This document shows, piece by piece, positions 55,224-64,000 of a stretch of DNA of 64,000 nucleotides (position 1 is its first letter; each line of letters opens with the position of its first letter). The notes below the pieces were generated by a model. It had not been told where the DNA came from. It was given only the letters and a program-made list of their open reading frames with translations, and did not search any database. Made by a program: the position numbers and the translations under genes. Source of the DNA: Candidatus Thorarchaeota archaeon SMTZ1-45 (GTDB taxonomy: Archaea > Asgardarchaeota > Thorarchaeia > Thorarchaeales > Thorarchaeaceae); contig LRSL01000013.1 in assembly GCA_001563335.1 (NCBI GenBank), forward strand, positions 1 to 64,000. The letters are read 5' to 3'.

Positions 55224-55510
55224 TGGATAGGAACACCAATTTGAGGATATTAATCCCTGTTATTGTACTACTGTTTACGATTATATCTGTCCTGATTTTG
55301 ACTGGTCTTGCCTCTGAGAATCCTGATGGATTCGAATGGTCGTTGTTCGAATGGGCTGGAATCGCAGAGCCTGAAGGCGGGTTTGGAGGTATATTCTCCT
55401 TTCTTGGAGAAGGTCCTCTTGTAGATGTCGTAACAGGAGGCATAGGAATTGTTGCAATTCTAGTAATTGCCTACCTTTTCTTCAAATTCACTTCTCTTAG
55501 AACAGAATAA
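55220..55510 (+). CDS. nikN: NikN/PDGLE-domain accessory membrane protein
   Basis: LASENPDGFEW; two TM helices; overlaps the nikM stop. Confidence 0.8.
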   Translation: MMDRNTNLRILIPVIVLLFTIISVLILTGLASENPDGFEWSLFEWAGIAEPEGGFGGIFSFLGEGPLVDVVTGGIGIVAILVIAYLFFKFTSLRTE

Positions 55511-55564
55511 TCCACCTTATAGATTAACATCAACAAATGGAACGAATCTCGGAGAAATATAATA

Positions 55565-56350
55565 ATGGCAACATTCCTATTACCCTTTAGCGAAGGCCGA
55601 GCGAATATGCAACGGTTTTCACCAACAGCTACTTTACTATTTGCAATTGGTTTAGGAATATACATTGCCATCCAAACAAATCCCTATACTGTTCTCTTAA
55701 TTCTGCTATTGATATTTGCTGGAGGACTCATCTCCTATACAAGATGGAGGGTAGTTCTTTCTCTTGCAGCTAAATTCGAACTCCTCATTCTATTTTGGAT
55801 GTTCTTTATGCCTTTTCTATACGGAGAAACAGTGATACTTTCAATAGCTCATCCTTGGGGATCTTTGAATGTGTATTATGAAGGTCTTTCGTTTGGAATT
55901 CTAATTGGTCTTAGAATGATGACAATGGTTATGCTCTTTATATCCGTTCTCTCTCATATGTCACTTACTGAGTTCATCGGAGCATTACGTACTTTGCGAG
56001 TTCCAAATATAATTCTTGGCTCCCTACTGATAATGCTTCGGTATATCCCACTATTCATGACTGAGCGGAAACGTATGCATGATGCACAACATCTACGCGG
56101 TTATAGTCATGGTAAACGGTTTGAACGAATCAAGTCCCTAGGTTATCTTGTTGGTACAACTATCAATCGTTCATTTGAAAGAAGTGCAAATGTCTATGAT
56201 GCCATGAGTCTTCGAGGATTTGGAAAAGGGCCGATGGTATCAGGTAGTGGTTTCAAGCGTACTGACATTCTTCTCCCAGCCTTATTGCTCGTCTTTGTTC
56301 TAAGTCTTCCTTTTCTAGTTTCAATAATTATGGAGGTCCTAATGTTATGA
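55565..56350 (+). CDS. nikQ: ECF transporter T component NikQ/CbiQ
   Basis: LRVP...MLRYI...AQHLRG...RSFERS..VYDAMSLRGF. Confidence 0.88.
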   Translation: MATFLLPFSEGRANMQRFSPTATLLFAIGLGIYIAIQTNPYTVLLILLLIFAGGLISYTRWRVVLSLAAKFELLILFWMFFMPFLYGETVILSIAHPWGSLNVYYEGLSFGILIGLRMMTMVMLFISVLSHMSLTEFIGALRTLRVPNIILGSLLIMLRYIPLFMTERKRMHDAQHLRGYSHGKRFERIKSLGYLVGTTINRSFERSANVYDAMSLRGFGKGPMVSGSGFKRTDILLPALLLVFVLSLPFLVSIIMEVLML

Positions 56351-57105
56351 CATGTGCGATCGATGTTGATCATGTGTTTTTCAAATATGATGAGTTTAAA
56401 ATGGAAGACATCAACTTCCAACTACATGTTGGTGAACAGAAAGCTCTTGCTGGCCTGAATGGGTCTGGAAAAACCACCTTGTTCAAGCTTCTCCTCGGAC
56501 TGCTTGAGCCAGACTCAGGTGATATTTACATTTTTGACAAGAAACTCACAAAAGACACACTCTGGGAAATCAGACAGGATGTTGGCTTTCTATTTCAAAA
56601 TCCAGATGACCAGCTCTTCGCACCTACTGTATGGGAGGATGTTGCTTTTGGTCCTCGTAATTTAGGACTGTCAAAAGAAGAGGTCGAAGATAGGGTTGAG
56701 TGGGCACTTGATAGAGTTGACATGTCCAAATTTGTGAACCGACCAGTAAACCAGATGAGTCATGGACAAGCAAAACGAGTAGCACTTGCTGGTATCATTG
56801 CAATGAGACCTAGCATTTTGATTCTTGATGAACCCTTTTCGGGACTTGACTTTAAGATGGTCACAAATATGATAGATATAATCGGGAGATTAAGACAGGA
56901 AGGTGCTAGTATACTCTTTACTACTCACAACAGTTTCTTCATAGAAACTTTGTCTGACTCAGTTGCCGTGATAAAGGAAGGTCGGATTGTTTACGATGGA
57001 CCTACCAAAGAAGCAATGAGAAGTAGAACAGTGTTTGAGAATATTGGTGATTGGGGCCAACTGAGAAAACAGATTATGTCTACCAGAAGTTCTCTTTTAG
57101 AATGA
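56347..57105 (+). CDS. nikO: ECF transporter ATPase NikO/CbiO
   Basis: GLNGSGKTT; FQNPDDQLFAPTV..DVAFGP; SHGQAKRVALAG; ILDEP; H-loop. Confidence 0.92.
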   Translation: MTCAIDVDHVFFKYDEFKMEDINFQLHVGEQKALAGLNGSGKTTLFKLLLGLLEPDSGDIYIFDKKLTKDTLWEIRQDVGFLFQNPDDQLFAPTVWEDVAFGPRNLGLSKEEVEDRVEWALDRVDMSKFVNRPVNQMSHGQAKRVALAGIIAMRPSILILDEPFSGLDFKMVTNMIDIIGRLRQEGASILFTTHNSFFIETLSDSVAVIKEGRIVYDGPTKEAMRSRTVFENIGDWGQLRKQIMSTRSSLLE

Positions 57106-57150
57106 GTTCGATATGGTTAAAAGGCACTTTCCAAGAACTCCAATTTGAAC

Positions 57151-57238
57151 GCGGAGGTTGCCAAGCCAGGTCAAAGGCGTAGGGTTCAGATCCCTATTTC
57201 GTAGGAATTCGCGAGTTCGAATCTCGCCCTCCGCACCA
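57151..57238 (+). tRNA. tRNA-Leu(CAG) with encoded CCA
   Basis: GCGGAGG..GCC AAGCCAGGTCAAA GGC G TAGGG-TTCAGAT-CCCTA, long variable arm, GCGAG-TTCGAAT-CTCGC CCTCCGC A CCA. Confidence 0.96.
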
Positions 57239-57250
57239 TTTTCATTATTG

Positions 57251-57691
57251 TCATTCATCTTGCGGGAGAATGAACATTGTTTCTATCCTTTCCACACCTT
57301 CCAGCTTCTCAAGTTCTCCTGTGATAAATTTAGCAAGTTGAGGTATGTCTTTAACTCGAACCTTACAAATGAAGCTGGCTGGTCCTGTAGTTCTAAGAAT
57401 CTCTGAAATCTCATTGTATTTAGAGAGCTTCTGATAGATTTCATAAGAATCTCCAGGTCTAGAAATGATTAAAACGACTACCTGAGCCTCATATCCAAGT
57501 TTCCTATGATCCAGCTCAAGTGTATATCTTTTAATGACGCCTTCATCGACAAGACGTTCCATTCGGTTTCTAACTGAACTAGGACTAAGTTTTACGATAG
57601 CTCCAATCTCTCTTAGAGACCTTCGGGCGTTCTTTGTGAGCATCTCGATGATTCTAAGGTCCGTGTCATCAATCCTTTCAGTTGAGCCCAT
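57251..57691 (-). CDS. Lrp/AsnC family regulator
   Basis: IDDTDLRIIEML..NARRSLREIG...LSPSSVRNRMERL.DEGVIKRY. Confidence 0.92.
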   Translation of the reverse strand: MGSTERIDDTDLRIIEMLTKNARRSLREIGAIVKLSPSSVRNRMERLVDEGVIKRYTLELDHRKLGYEAQVVVLIISRPGDSYEIYQKLSKYNEISEILRTTGPASFICKVRVKDIPQLAKFITGELEKLEGVERIETMFILPQDE

Positions 57692-57725
57692 CTAGAACAT
57701 CCCTTTCTTGAAAAGATTGAATGCT

Positions 57726-58124
57726 CTAAGTTTTCACCCTAGTAATTACCTTGGTGCCCATGACATCCCATACTTCAACTGCTACATTGAGCTCAATTTT
57801 CGAAGCAATATCATCATCTGTTGGCTTTGGAACCTCATAAGTCACAAAGGTTTCACTATCCATGAGGCTGTAGGTTTCACCCATATCAGCTATTACTGTT
57901 GCACTCGTTTTTTCAATAACTGGAACATCAACCATCCGGTCTGCTGGCATGATGACATTACGTTTCCGGTTGTCAAAGAAACCAATGGCTACAATGTTTG
58001 CCTTGGCTGCGCCATGCTTTCCAGGCTTTGATTTTTCTATTGATACAACTTTGCAGGGTTCACCATCTATCAGAAAGTAGCTTCCAGGTTTGAGGCCCTT
58101 GGCTTCAGACTTCTTAATGCTCAC
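57726..58124 (-). CDS. eif5a: Translation factor aIF5A
   Basis: Hypusine-site motif SKPGKHGAAK; IDGEPC; MDSETF. Confidence 0.95.
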   Translation of the reverse strand: MSIKKSEAKGLKPGSYFLIDGEPCKVVSIEKSKPGKHGAAKANIVAIGFFDNRKRNVIMPADRMVDVPVIEKTSATVIADMGETYSLMDSETFVTYEVPKPTDDDIASKIELNVAVEVWDVMGTKVITRVKT

Positions 58125-58259
58125 TCTAAATCACCAACTTCGTCTTGCAGACCTGTGTTAGTCCCCCTCCATTCCTTTCATGTATATATATTTGGGGGCG
58201 GTAGAGTTTTCTTTCCATGACAACAAGTGTAAAAGGGGCTTGAAAAAAGCCAAGCTTGG

Positions 58260-59141
58260 GTGTGTTCTAATTTGATTGAAGAGGACCCACAGATTCTCAC
58301 TGAGAAAAGGGCTGTAGGACTTATCTGTAGACCTGACCGCCCTGAAATTGAAGAGATTGCTAATCAGATAGCTGAATTTCTAATTTCGGAAAACCTGAGC
58401 GTGCAGGTTGATCCTGGTTCCTGTAATATCGTTCACAAGAAAGCACAACCCACCTTGATAGAGAAAATGGATGTTGACTTTGTAGTTACAATTGGTGGGG
58501 ATGGAACAATTCTCTATACACTGACAAAGCTGAAGGATCGCGAAACTCCCTTATTCTGTGTCAATCGAGGAACTGTAGGATTTCTCACGGAGAGCGACAC
58601 TGAATCTGCTATCTCATCACTTAGGAATATTCTAGAGAATGAATGCATCATCGAAAACAATGTTAACATTAGTTCTGGGGTTGGCGAGCGGAGATTCGAA
58701 GATGCTCTAAATGAAGTGTATGTCGTGTCCAAAATACCTGGACGACTCTTAAGTCTGCAAGTATATGTTGATGGGGTTGAAATTGATTCTGGACGAGCTG
58801 ATGGAGCAATGCTTGCAACACCAGTTGGATCCTCTGCTTATGCTCTTGCAGCAGGTGGGTCTATTCTTGCACCAAATGTTAATGGGCTCATTTTTGTGCC
58901 AGTATGCCCGCCTAGATTTGAACTCAAATCAGTCGTAGTACCGGATTCTGCAACTGTAGAAATCGAGCTTGTCAAACCAGGAGTTTCTGCCTATGCTGTG
59001 ATTGACGGTCAGACAAGATGGGAGATTGCTCCGCATGAAACAGTGTGGATGAAAAAGTCTGAGGGTGTTTCTCGATTCATTAGACTTTATGATAATTACT
59101 ACGATCGATTGAACACGCGTCTTGTTCCTCGTGTCTTATAG
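58260..59141 (+). CDS. ppnK: NAD kinase
   Basis: GGDGT; GTVGFL; ALNE; ADG..LATPVGSSAYALAAGG. Confidence 0.93.
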   Translation: MCSNLIEEDPQILTEKRAVGLICRPDRPEIEEIANQIAEFLISENLSVQVDPGSCNIVHKKAQPTLIEKMDVDFVVTIGGDGTILYTLTKLKDRETPLFCVNRGTVGFLTESDTESAISSLRNILENECIIENNVNISSGVGERRFEDALNEVYVVSKIPGRLLSLQVYVDGVEIDSGRADGAMLATPVGSSAYALAAGGSILAPNVNGLIFVPVCPPRFELKSVVVPDSATVEIELVKPGVSAYAVIDGQTRWEIAPHETVWMKKSEGVSRFIRLYDNYYDRLNTRLVPRVL

Positions 59142-59666
59142 GTGACTCAAATGTCACAGGTCTATGTTGTTGATGCAGGCGTCTTGTTTTCAACATGGAC
59201 TAAGAAAATCCCAGATGCAACCCTTGTGACAACTAGTAATATTCTGTCTGAGCTTCACAATAAGCCTAGCCAGTTTAGGTCAGAAATTCTTATGGTCATT
59301 AATAGGATGCGTGCTATTGATCCGGAGGAAAAAGAGATCCATAGAACAACTGATGCTGCTTCTCAATCTGGCGATATCTCTGTTCTCTCAGAAAATGACA
59401 TAGAACTGATTGCTCTTGCACTTAAAATCAAAAATGAGGGCAAAAAAGTAACACTGGTGTCTACAGACTTTGCAGTGCTCAATACTGCGAGTCATCTAGA
59501 TATCGCAATTCTTGACCCATCAGGTAAGTTCAAGGAACAAATTACTTGGGTAAGGAGATGTCCTGCTTGTAAATACAAGTCTAAGACCCCATCGGATGAT
59601 ATTGAATGTCCCGTATGTGGCACAGAAATGCGTAGAATGTCCTTGCGAAAGCGAAAGATGTCTTAA
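59142..59666 (+). CDS. nob1: Nob1-like PIN endonuclease with a zinc ribbon
   Basis: VVDAG; GD..VLSENDIELIALA; STDFAVLN; CPAC...CPVCG. Confidence 0.88.
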   Translation: MTQMSQVYVVDAGVLFSTWTKKIPDATLVTTSNILSELHNKPSQFRSEILMVINRMRAIDPEEKEIHRTTDAASQSGDISVLSENDIELIALALKIKNEGKKVTLVSTDFAVLNTASHLDIAILDPSGKFKEQITWVRRCPACKYKSKTPSDDIECPVCGTEMRRMSLRKRKMS

Positions 59667-59740
59667 AACTGGTAATACTCTGGTCTTACATCATGTAATA
59701 TGGTTACATTGAGAGGATACTTGTTGGAGAGTTGTCCTGA

Positions 59741-60010
59741 TTGAAAGATAAACCTGGACTCACGATACAACGAGATTTAGATGACATAAAGACCCAGGTC
59801 AAGAAAGAGTTAGATACCATAAGAGACCTCATGGACTCTTTTGAGTATCGCAATCCATCCTCCAACTGGAGTGCTCCTTTTCAGATACATCGTCTGCGTA
59901 GAGCTTTGAGAATTCATTATCTTGCTCTAAAGATCAGAGACTCTACTCCTCAAAGTCCAAGTATGCGAAACTTATCTTGGGATTTACATAATGATCATGA
60001 TTTACCATGA
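59741..60010 (+). CDS. Hypothetical small protein
   Basis: TTG start after GGAG; fills the gap and abuts the convergent gene; no recognisable motif. Confidence 0.45.
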   Translation: MKDKPGLTIQRDLDDIKTQVKKELDTIRDLMDSFEYRNPSSNWSAPFQIHRLRRALRIHYLALKIRDSTPQSPSMRNLSWDLHNDHDLP

Positions 60011-60430
60011 TTACTCGCCAATGAGAACAACTTCAAGTCGTCTGCTTCTTGGTTTATTATCAAAGTCAATGAATGTTATTTGTTGCCATGAGCCTAGTGT
60101 TAGACTTCTGTTTACAAAAGGTACAGTGAGACTAGGTCCAAGAATAGATGCTCTGATATGAGAATGTCCATTACCATCCCGCCATCTTAGATGATGCTGA
60201 TATACTGCTTCTTTTGGTGCAATCCTCTCCATAGCGACGGGAAAATCCTGCAAGAGCCCATCTTCGTATTCGATTGTTGTTACCGAACCTGTTGAGCCAG
60301 TACAGAATAATGTACAAATTCCTGTCTTTATTCCGCTCTTGGCTACGGTATTTTCAACAGCGTGTGTGATGTCAATCATATCACAATTTCCCCTTGTTTC
60401 AAACGTGATTTTATCATGAAATGTACTCAA
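60011..60430 (-). CDS. yjbQ: YjbQ/UPF0047 family protein
   Basis: DIT..V; GSTG...EYE.GL; NGHSHIRASILG; LGSWQQI...DFD. Confidence 0.92.
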   Translation of the reverse strand: MSTFHDKITFETRGNCDMIDITHAVENTVAKSGIKTGICTLFCTGSTGSVTTIEYEDGLLQDFPVAMERIAPKEAVYQHHLRWRDGNGHSHIRASILGPSLTVPFVNRSLTLGSWQQITFIDFDNKPRSRRLEVVLIGE

Positions 60431-60496
60431 CTTGCTTCACCAGTCAATATAATACTCATTGAGAGTGGAGATGACACTTTTATCTTCCGTAAACTT

Positions 60497-62302
60497 CTAC
60501 TTAACAGCTCGTTCAATCTTCGACTTTTCAATCAGAGTTCGAATTCTCATTTCCTTATCCAGCAAGGCTTCTTCGTTCTCTTGAAGTATAAGCAGTGCTC
60601 CAATGTGATTACCTGCATTAAGAGCACGAACTAAAGACATTATGGCAAGCATCACCTCATCTTGAGTTGATACAGCAATCTCATCCATTTGCTTTATGGC
60701 CGCATTAATAGGACCTAGTTTCTGTGGATAGTGGATGAAGCGTGTTTCAAAAACGGTGAAGAAATCCTCAAACGCCTCTTTGAGTTCATTCGCCTCCTTG
60801 AACCCTTCTCCAGATTTTTCAAGCAGGTCAATAGCTTTCTCAATCATCTCAGGTGAGTTAGTCAAGAGCGCTTCCATACCTGCTGTACGTACCCAAATCG
60901 TTGCTAATTCAGGGACACCAAGTTCTTGATAATACTCTGCTGCGTTCTCAGCCTTTTCACTTGCCAACCAATGGAATGACTCATACCGTTCTTTGTCTCC
61001 GAGCTTCATAGCACATTCTGCAGCTTTGCTGTACAGTTTTGATCCTCCTTCATGGTCTCCGGAGGTGGATGATTCATCAGCAAGTTCCACATAGAGTTCT
61101 AATGCCTGCTCTAGATACCCCCGAGCCTCTGTTTCATTTCCAGACTCATCTAGAACTTCAGCGGCTTCTTCGAGAGATACAGCTTGTAATTCCTTATTAC
61201 CACCCTCCTTCTCCTCTACAGCCTGCTGAAGATAATGATTGATGACCTCTTTGTATAGATTGTCTGCATCTTCTGTTTGTCCCCACTTTTGTAGACACAT
61301 AGCTTGGAATCGAAGGTATTTCTTTTCGGACTCCACATCATGTTGACTCTTGGCTTTCTCTGCAAGTTCTCCAAAAAGCTCGTTCGCACGTTTGAAAGCC
61401 CATTTAGCTTTCATTGGTCGACCGATCTCAATGAACATATTTCCCCCCTTTACTAGAAGTGGAGCCACAGATTCAGCTGTACCTTGCATTTTCAGGTAAG
61501 CTTCCGCAGCCTTTGAGATAGCCTGATTCCGAGCAGATGTTAATCTCTGCAGTTTATATGCCTCTTGAGCTGCATCATAGATATTACCCGCCTTCTCATA
61601 CAACTCAGCTGCTTCGTAGAGTTCTCCTGCGTCCATCATAATTCGCGTTGCTTCGGGAGAATCGCCCTTTGTTTCCATAATCTGTGCTGCTTCAGCCATT
61701 GCATTCCCTGCAGAAAGGTAATCGCCAGAGCCTTTCGCAATCTCAGCCCAACGTTTTGCAAGTCTGGCTGCTCGATCGTTGATTCGTTCGCCCAGCTCAT
61801 CATCTCCTGCAGTATAATAGAGTCTACTGACTTTTCTAAGGAGACTAACTGCTTCATCAAAATTCTCCTCAACTTCTCGCGCATCCGCAAGGTTTTCGAG
61901 TGCATCTGCCGCTTTGATGTTAAGCTCGTTCTTTTTCTCGTCTGTTTCTACAAAATCCTGAGCTCTAAAGTAGAAATCAGCTGCTTTCTTGTATTCTGTT
62001 GCATCTTCTGCAACCTTTGCAGCACTCATGTTAAGTCTTACAATTTCTTGATAGACCTCTGGTCCTTGAGGTAATCGGATGAGCATTAGAGTGGCATTGT
62101 CGAACGCTTTGAAAGCATCCTCTGCTCTATAGATGTCTTGATATACTAGAGCGCCTTCTTCATAGATTTTTGCTGCTTTTTCATAGTCCATTTTTGTAGC
62201 GAAACGGCTTGCTGCAGCAATAAGCAACTTTGCTCCTTGCTCTTTGTTGCCATCTTTCAGTGCATTTCTCGCTTCTTTCAGGATCTCTTCATCAGTAGTC
62301 AA
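60497..62302 (-). CDS. All-helical TPR/alpha-SNAP-like repeat protein (601 aa)
   Basis: Repeated A(A/G)xxYxxAAxxY helical hairpins; the segment DYLSAGNAMAEAAQIMETKGDSPEATRIMMDAGELY resembles SNAP-family repeats. Confidence 0.7.
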   Translation of the reverse strand: MTTDEEILKEARNALKDGNKEQGAKLLIAAASRFATKMDYEKAAKIYEEGALVYQDIYRAEDAFKAFDNATLMLIRLPQGPEVYQEIVRLNMSAAKVAEDATEYKKAADFYFRAQDFVETDEKKNELNIKAADALENLADAREVEENFDEAVSLLRKVSRLYYTAGDDELGERINDRAARLAKRWAEIAKGSGDYLSAGNAMAEAAQIMETKGDSPEATRIMMDAGELYEAAELYEKAGNIYDAAQEAYKLQRLTSARNQAISKAAEAYLKMQGTAESVAPLLVKGGNMFIEIGRPMKAKWAFKRANELFGELAEKAKSQHDVESEKKYLRFQAMCLQKWGQTEDADNLYKEVINHYLQQAVEEKEGGNKELQAVSLEEAAEVLDESGNETEARGYLEQALELYVELADESSTSGDHEGGSKLYSKAAECAMKLGDKERYESFHWLASEKAENAAEYYQELGVPELATIWVRTAGMEALLTNSPEMIEKAIDLLEKSGEGFKEANELKEAFEDFFTVFETRFIHYPQKLGPINAAIKQMDEIAVSTQDEVMLAIMSLVRALNAGNHIGALLILQENEEALLDKEMRIRTLIEKSKIERAVK

Positions 62303-62461
62303 AGTGGAATCTCCTTGGTTCTACCTAGATTGCGATGTTAACTACAGGTTCTTGAATTCATGTACCTCATAACAGTTGTCGTTATGATTCAATAACCCTC
62401 ATGTTATTCTCAGAACACTCAAATATCAAAGTTCCACATAGAAAATGGTAGTTGAAACCCA

Positions 62462-63568
62462 TTGAGCGGTGATGCAGAACTACGGCTTGGAATCATCGGG
62501 ATAGGGAAAGTTGGACTGACTCATCTTGCCGCTTTAAAATCTTTGAAAGACACAGGTCTTCTGAACATCGAAATTAATGCAGTGAGTGACAGTGATATAG
62601 GAAAATCGAAAGAAGCTGCAAAGGAATTCAATGTTCCCTCCGTCTATGATGATCATATTGATTTAATCAATGATGCGAATGTCGATATTGTCTATATCTG
62701 TACTCCTACTAGCAAGCACACAGACATGGTGAAAGAAGCAGCTCGAGCAAACAAGGCTATCTTTTGTGTGAAACCGATTGCCCATAGTTGCCCACAGGTT
62801 CGAGATTTGAATGCGGTTGCTCTGGCTTCCTCTGTTCCAACAAGTGCAGGATTGGTGTTAAGATATGATCCATTCCTGTTATATGCCAAACGCCTTATTG
62901 AGAAGAACGATTTTGGAAAACCTTTGCTAGCGAACATTCGTGATGACCAGCATTTTCCCCTAGAACAAGAGGAATATTCACAGTGGAGAAGTGATACTTC
63001 TGTTCCTGGTGGTGGAATACTCCTCCATCAGGGCATTCAAGATATTGATGTATTAAGCTGGTTCTTTGGTGATATTGTAAACGTCTACGCGCAAGTAGGT
63101 TTCTATAGCGAAAGTGGCGTTGAAGACCAAGCTTCCTTAATTATGCGCCATGAAGATGGAACAACAAGTACAATTAATTTAGTTTGGCATTGGCTAGAGC
63201 GTCCTAATGAAAGAAAAATCGAGTTCTTCTTTGAGAAAGGACTCATAGAAATAATCCTAGAATCTGGGAGCACTCATCTAGACTATCATATTCGGGGAGA
63301 AGAACCAGTTCGTATAAACTCTGAAAATACTGAGCAGGTGCTCCTTGAACATCTAGATTTATCATCGGATAATCTTGCATTAGATATTCACGAGACTCTA
63401 TCTAATGCTGGAATTAACAAACAGTTAGCGTTAAACTACTCCTTCTTGAAAGCTATACAATCTGGCGAAACCCCTTATCCAAGCTTCCAGGAGGCTGTTC
63501 TAGCACATAAGATTGTAGATGCAGCATACGAATCCTCGAATAAGCAGACTCCAATTGATATACTCTAG
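62462..63568 (+). CDS. Gfo/Idh/MocA family oxidoreductase (atypical active-site motifs)
   Basis: LGIIGIGKVG; VDIVYICTPTSKH; IFCVKPIA; WR..GGGILL..GIQDID. Confidence 0.85.
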   Translation: MSGDAELRLGIIGIGKVGLTHLAALKSLKDTGLLNIEINAVSDSDIGKSKEAAKEFNVPSVYDDHIDLINDANVDIVYICTPTSKHTDMVKEAARANKAIFCVKPIAHSCPQVRDLNAVALASSVPTSAGLVLRYDPFLLYAKRLIEKNDFGKPLLANIRDDQHFPLEQEEYSQWRSDTSVPGGGILLHQGIQDIDVLSWFFGDIVNVYAQVGFYSESGVEDQASLIMRHEDGTTSTINLVWHWLERPNERKIEFFFEKGLIEIILESGSTHLDYHIRGEEPVRINSENTEQVLLEHLDLSSDNLALDIHETLSNAGINKQLALNYSFLKAIQSGETPYPSFQEAVLAHKIVDAAYESSNKQTPIDIL

Positions 63569-63624
63569 AATCCAATTGGACATCCTTAAGTAGTCCCAAA
63601 CAACCCACAAAGGCGAGCTCAGTA

Positions 63625-64000
63625 ATGCAAGAAATCACCCTAGACCAAGTAGACCTCTCTAAATATGATGTCATCATTGCAGGCGGAGGTGCTGGAGGTC
63701 TTCTAACCGCATTAGCATTGACTGCTGAGGGAAAATGTGTTCTTGTTCTTGAAAAAGCTGAACGTCTGGGTGGAGTTTGGAATAGTTATTGGGTAGATGG
63801 ATACCGTGTGGATCAAGGACTGCATGTAATCACACGAGTTACAAGAGGTGCATTTACCAAATTCCTAAGAACATACTTGTCCCCACCACCAAAGTTTGTT
63901 CTACATGAGGGATGGCATTTCCGCGTCTATGATAAAGTTGGTACAATCCCATCAAGCGTTGGAGAAACACTCCGTTGGCCACTTACTGGCTGGAGAGGTC
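63625..64000 (+). CDS. FAD-dependent oxidoreductase (phytoene desaturase/amine oxidase-like); partial, runs off the right edge
   Basis: Manual translation MQEITLDQVDLSKYDVIIAGGGAGGLLTALAL...VLEKAERLGG...VDGYRVDQGLH; not in the ORF track. Confidence 0.85.
   Translation, partial: MQEITLDQVDLSKYDVIIAGGGAGGLLTALALTAEGKCVLVLEKAERLGGVWNSYWVDGYRVDQGLHVITRVTRGAFTKFLRTYLSPPPKFVLHEGWHFRVYDKVGTIPSSVGETLRWPLTGWRG

Noticed and set aside
57158-57406. 82-aa plus-strand ORF
   Set aside because: It overlaps tRNA-Leu and the Lrp gene; spurious.

Overview
Gene-dense chromosomal window (roughly 40-42% GC by eye) from an Asgard archaeon. The gene style fits Thorarchaeia; this is an inference from gene content, not a database match. 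Left to right it contains: (i) a partial giant secreted DUF2341/LamG-repeat protein that runs off the left edge and is missing from the ORF track, an LRR protein and a Rab-like GTPase with a degenerate P-loop; (ii) aspS followed by a five-gene ESCRT cluster. The cluster holds an apparent Vps28(N)-Vps22/36 (EAP30) fusion, Vps25, Vps4, a Vps2/24/46-type ESCRT-III, and a Zn-finger/coiled-coil/GRAM-PH protein ending in a Vps23/Vps37-like steadiness-box hairpin, with no ubiquitin or UEV gene nearby; (iii) housekeeping genes (tldD/pmbA, argS, tfb, tRNA methylase, endonuclease IV, DGGGP synthase, hypB, tRNA-His, tRNA-Leu, aIF5A, NAD kinase, nob1) mixed with further eukaryotic-signature-like genes (longin, Yip1, alpha-SNAP-like); (iv) a complete archaeal CODH/ACS operon (cdhABCDE) with two cooC genes and a CoA-transferase-GNAT fusion. 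Next to it lie an HdrA-MvhD fusion, an FwdF-like polyferredoxin, and FwdB/FwdD-like proteins that both appear to have lost their Mo/W-pterin-binding residues; (v) a nikR-nikMNQO nickel/cobalt ECF locus. I found no CRISPR array, rRNA or transposase. The best candidates for undescribed systems are the domain-swapped, possibly ubiquitin-independent ESCRT-I/II module and the pterin-less Fwd-like/HdrA-MvhD module beside CODH/ACS. All domain calls are by-eye motif recognition and need HMM or structure confirmation.
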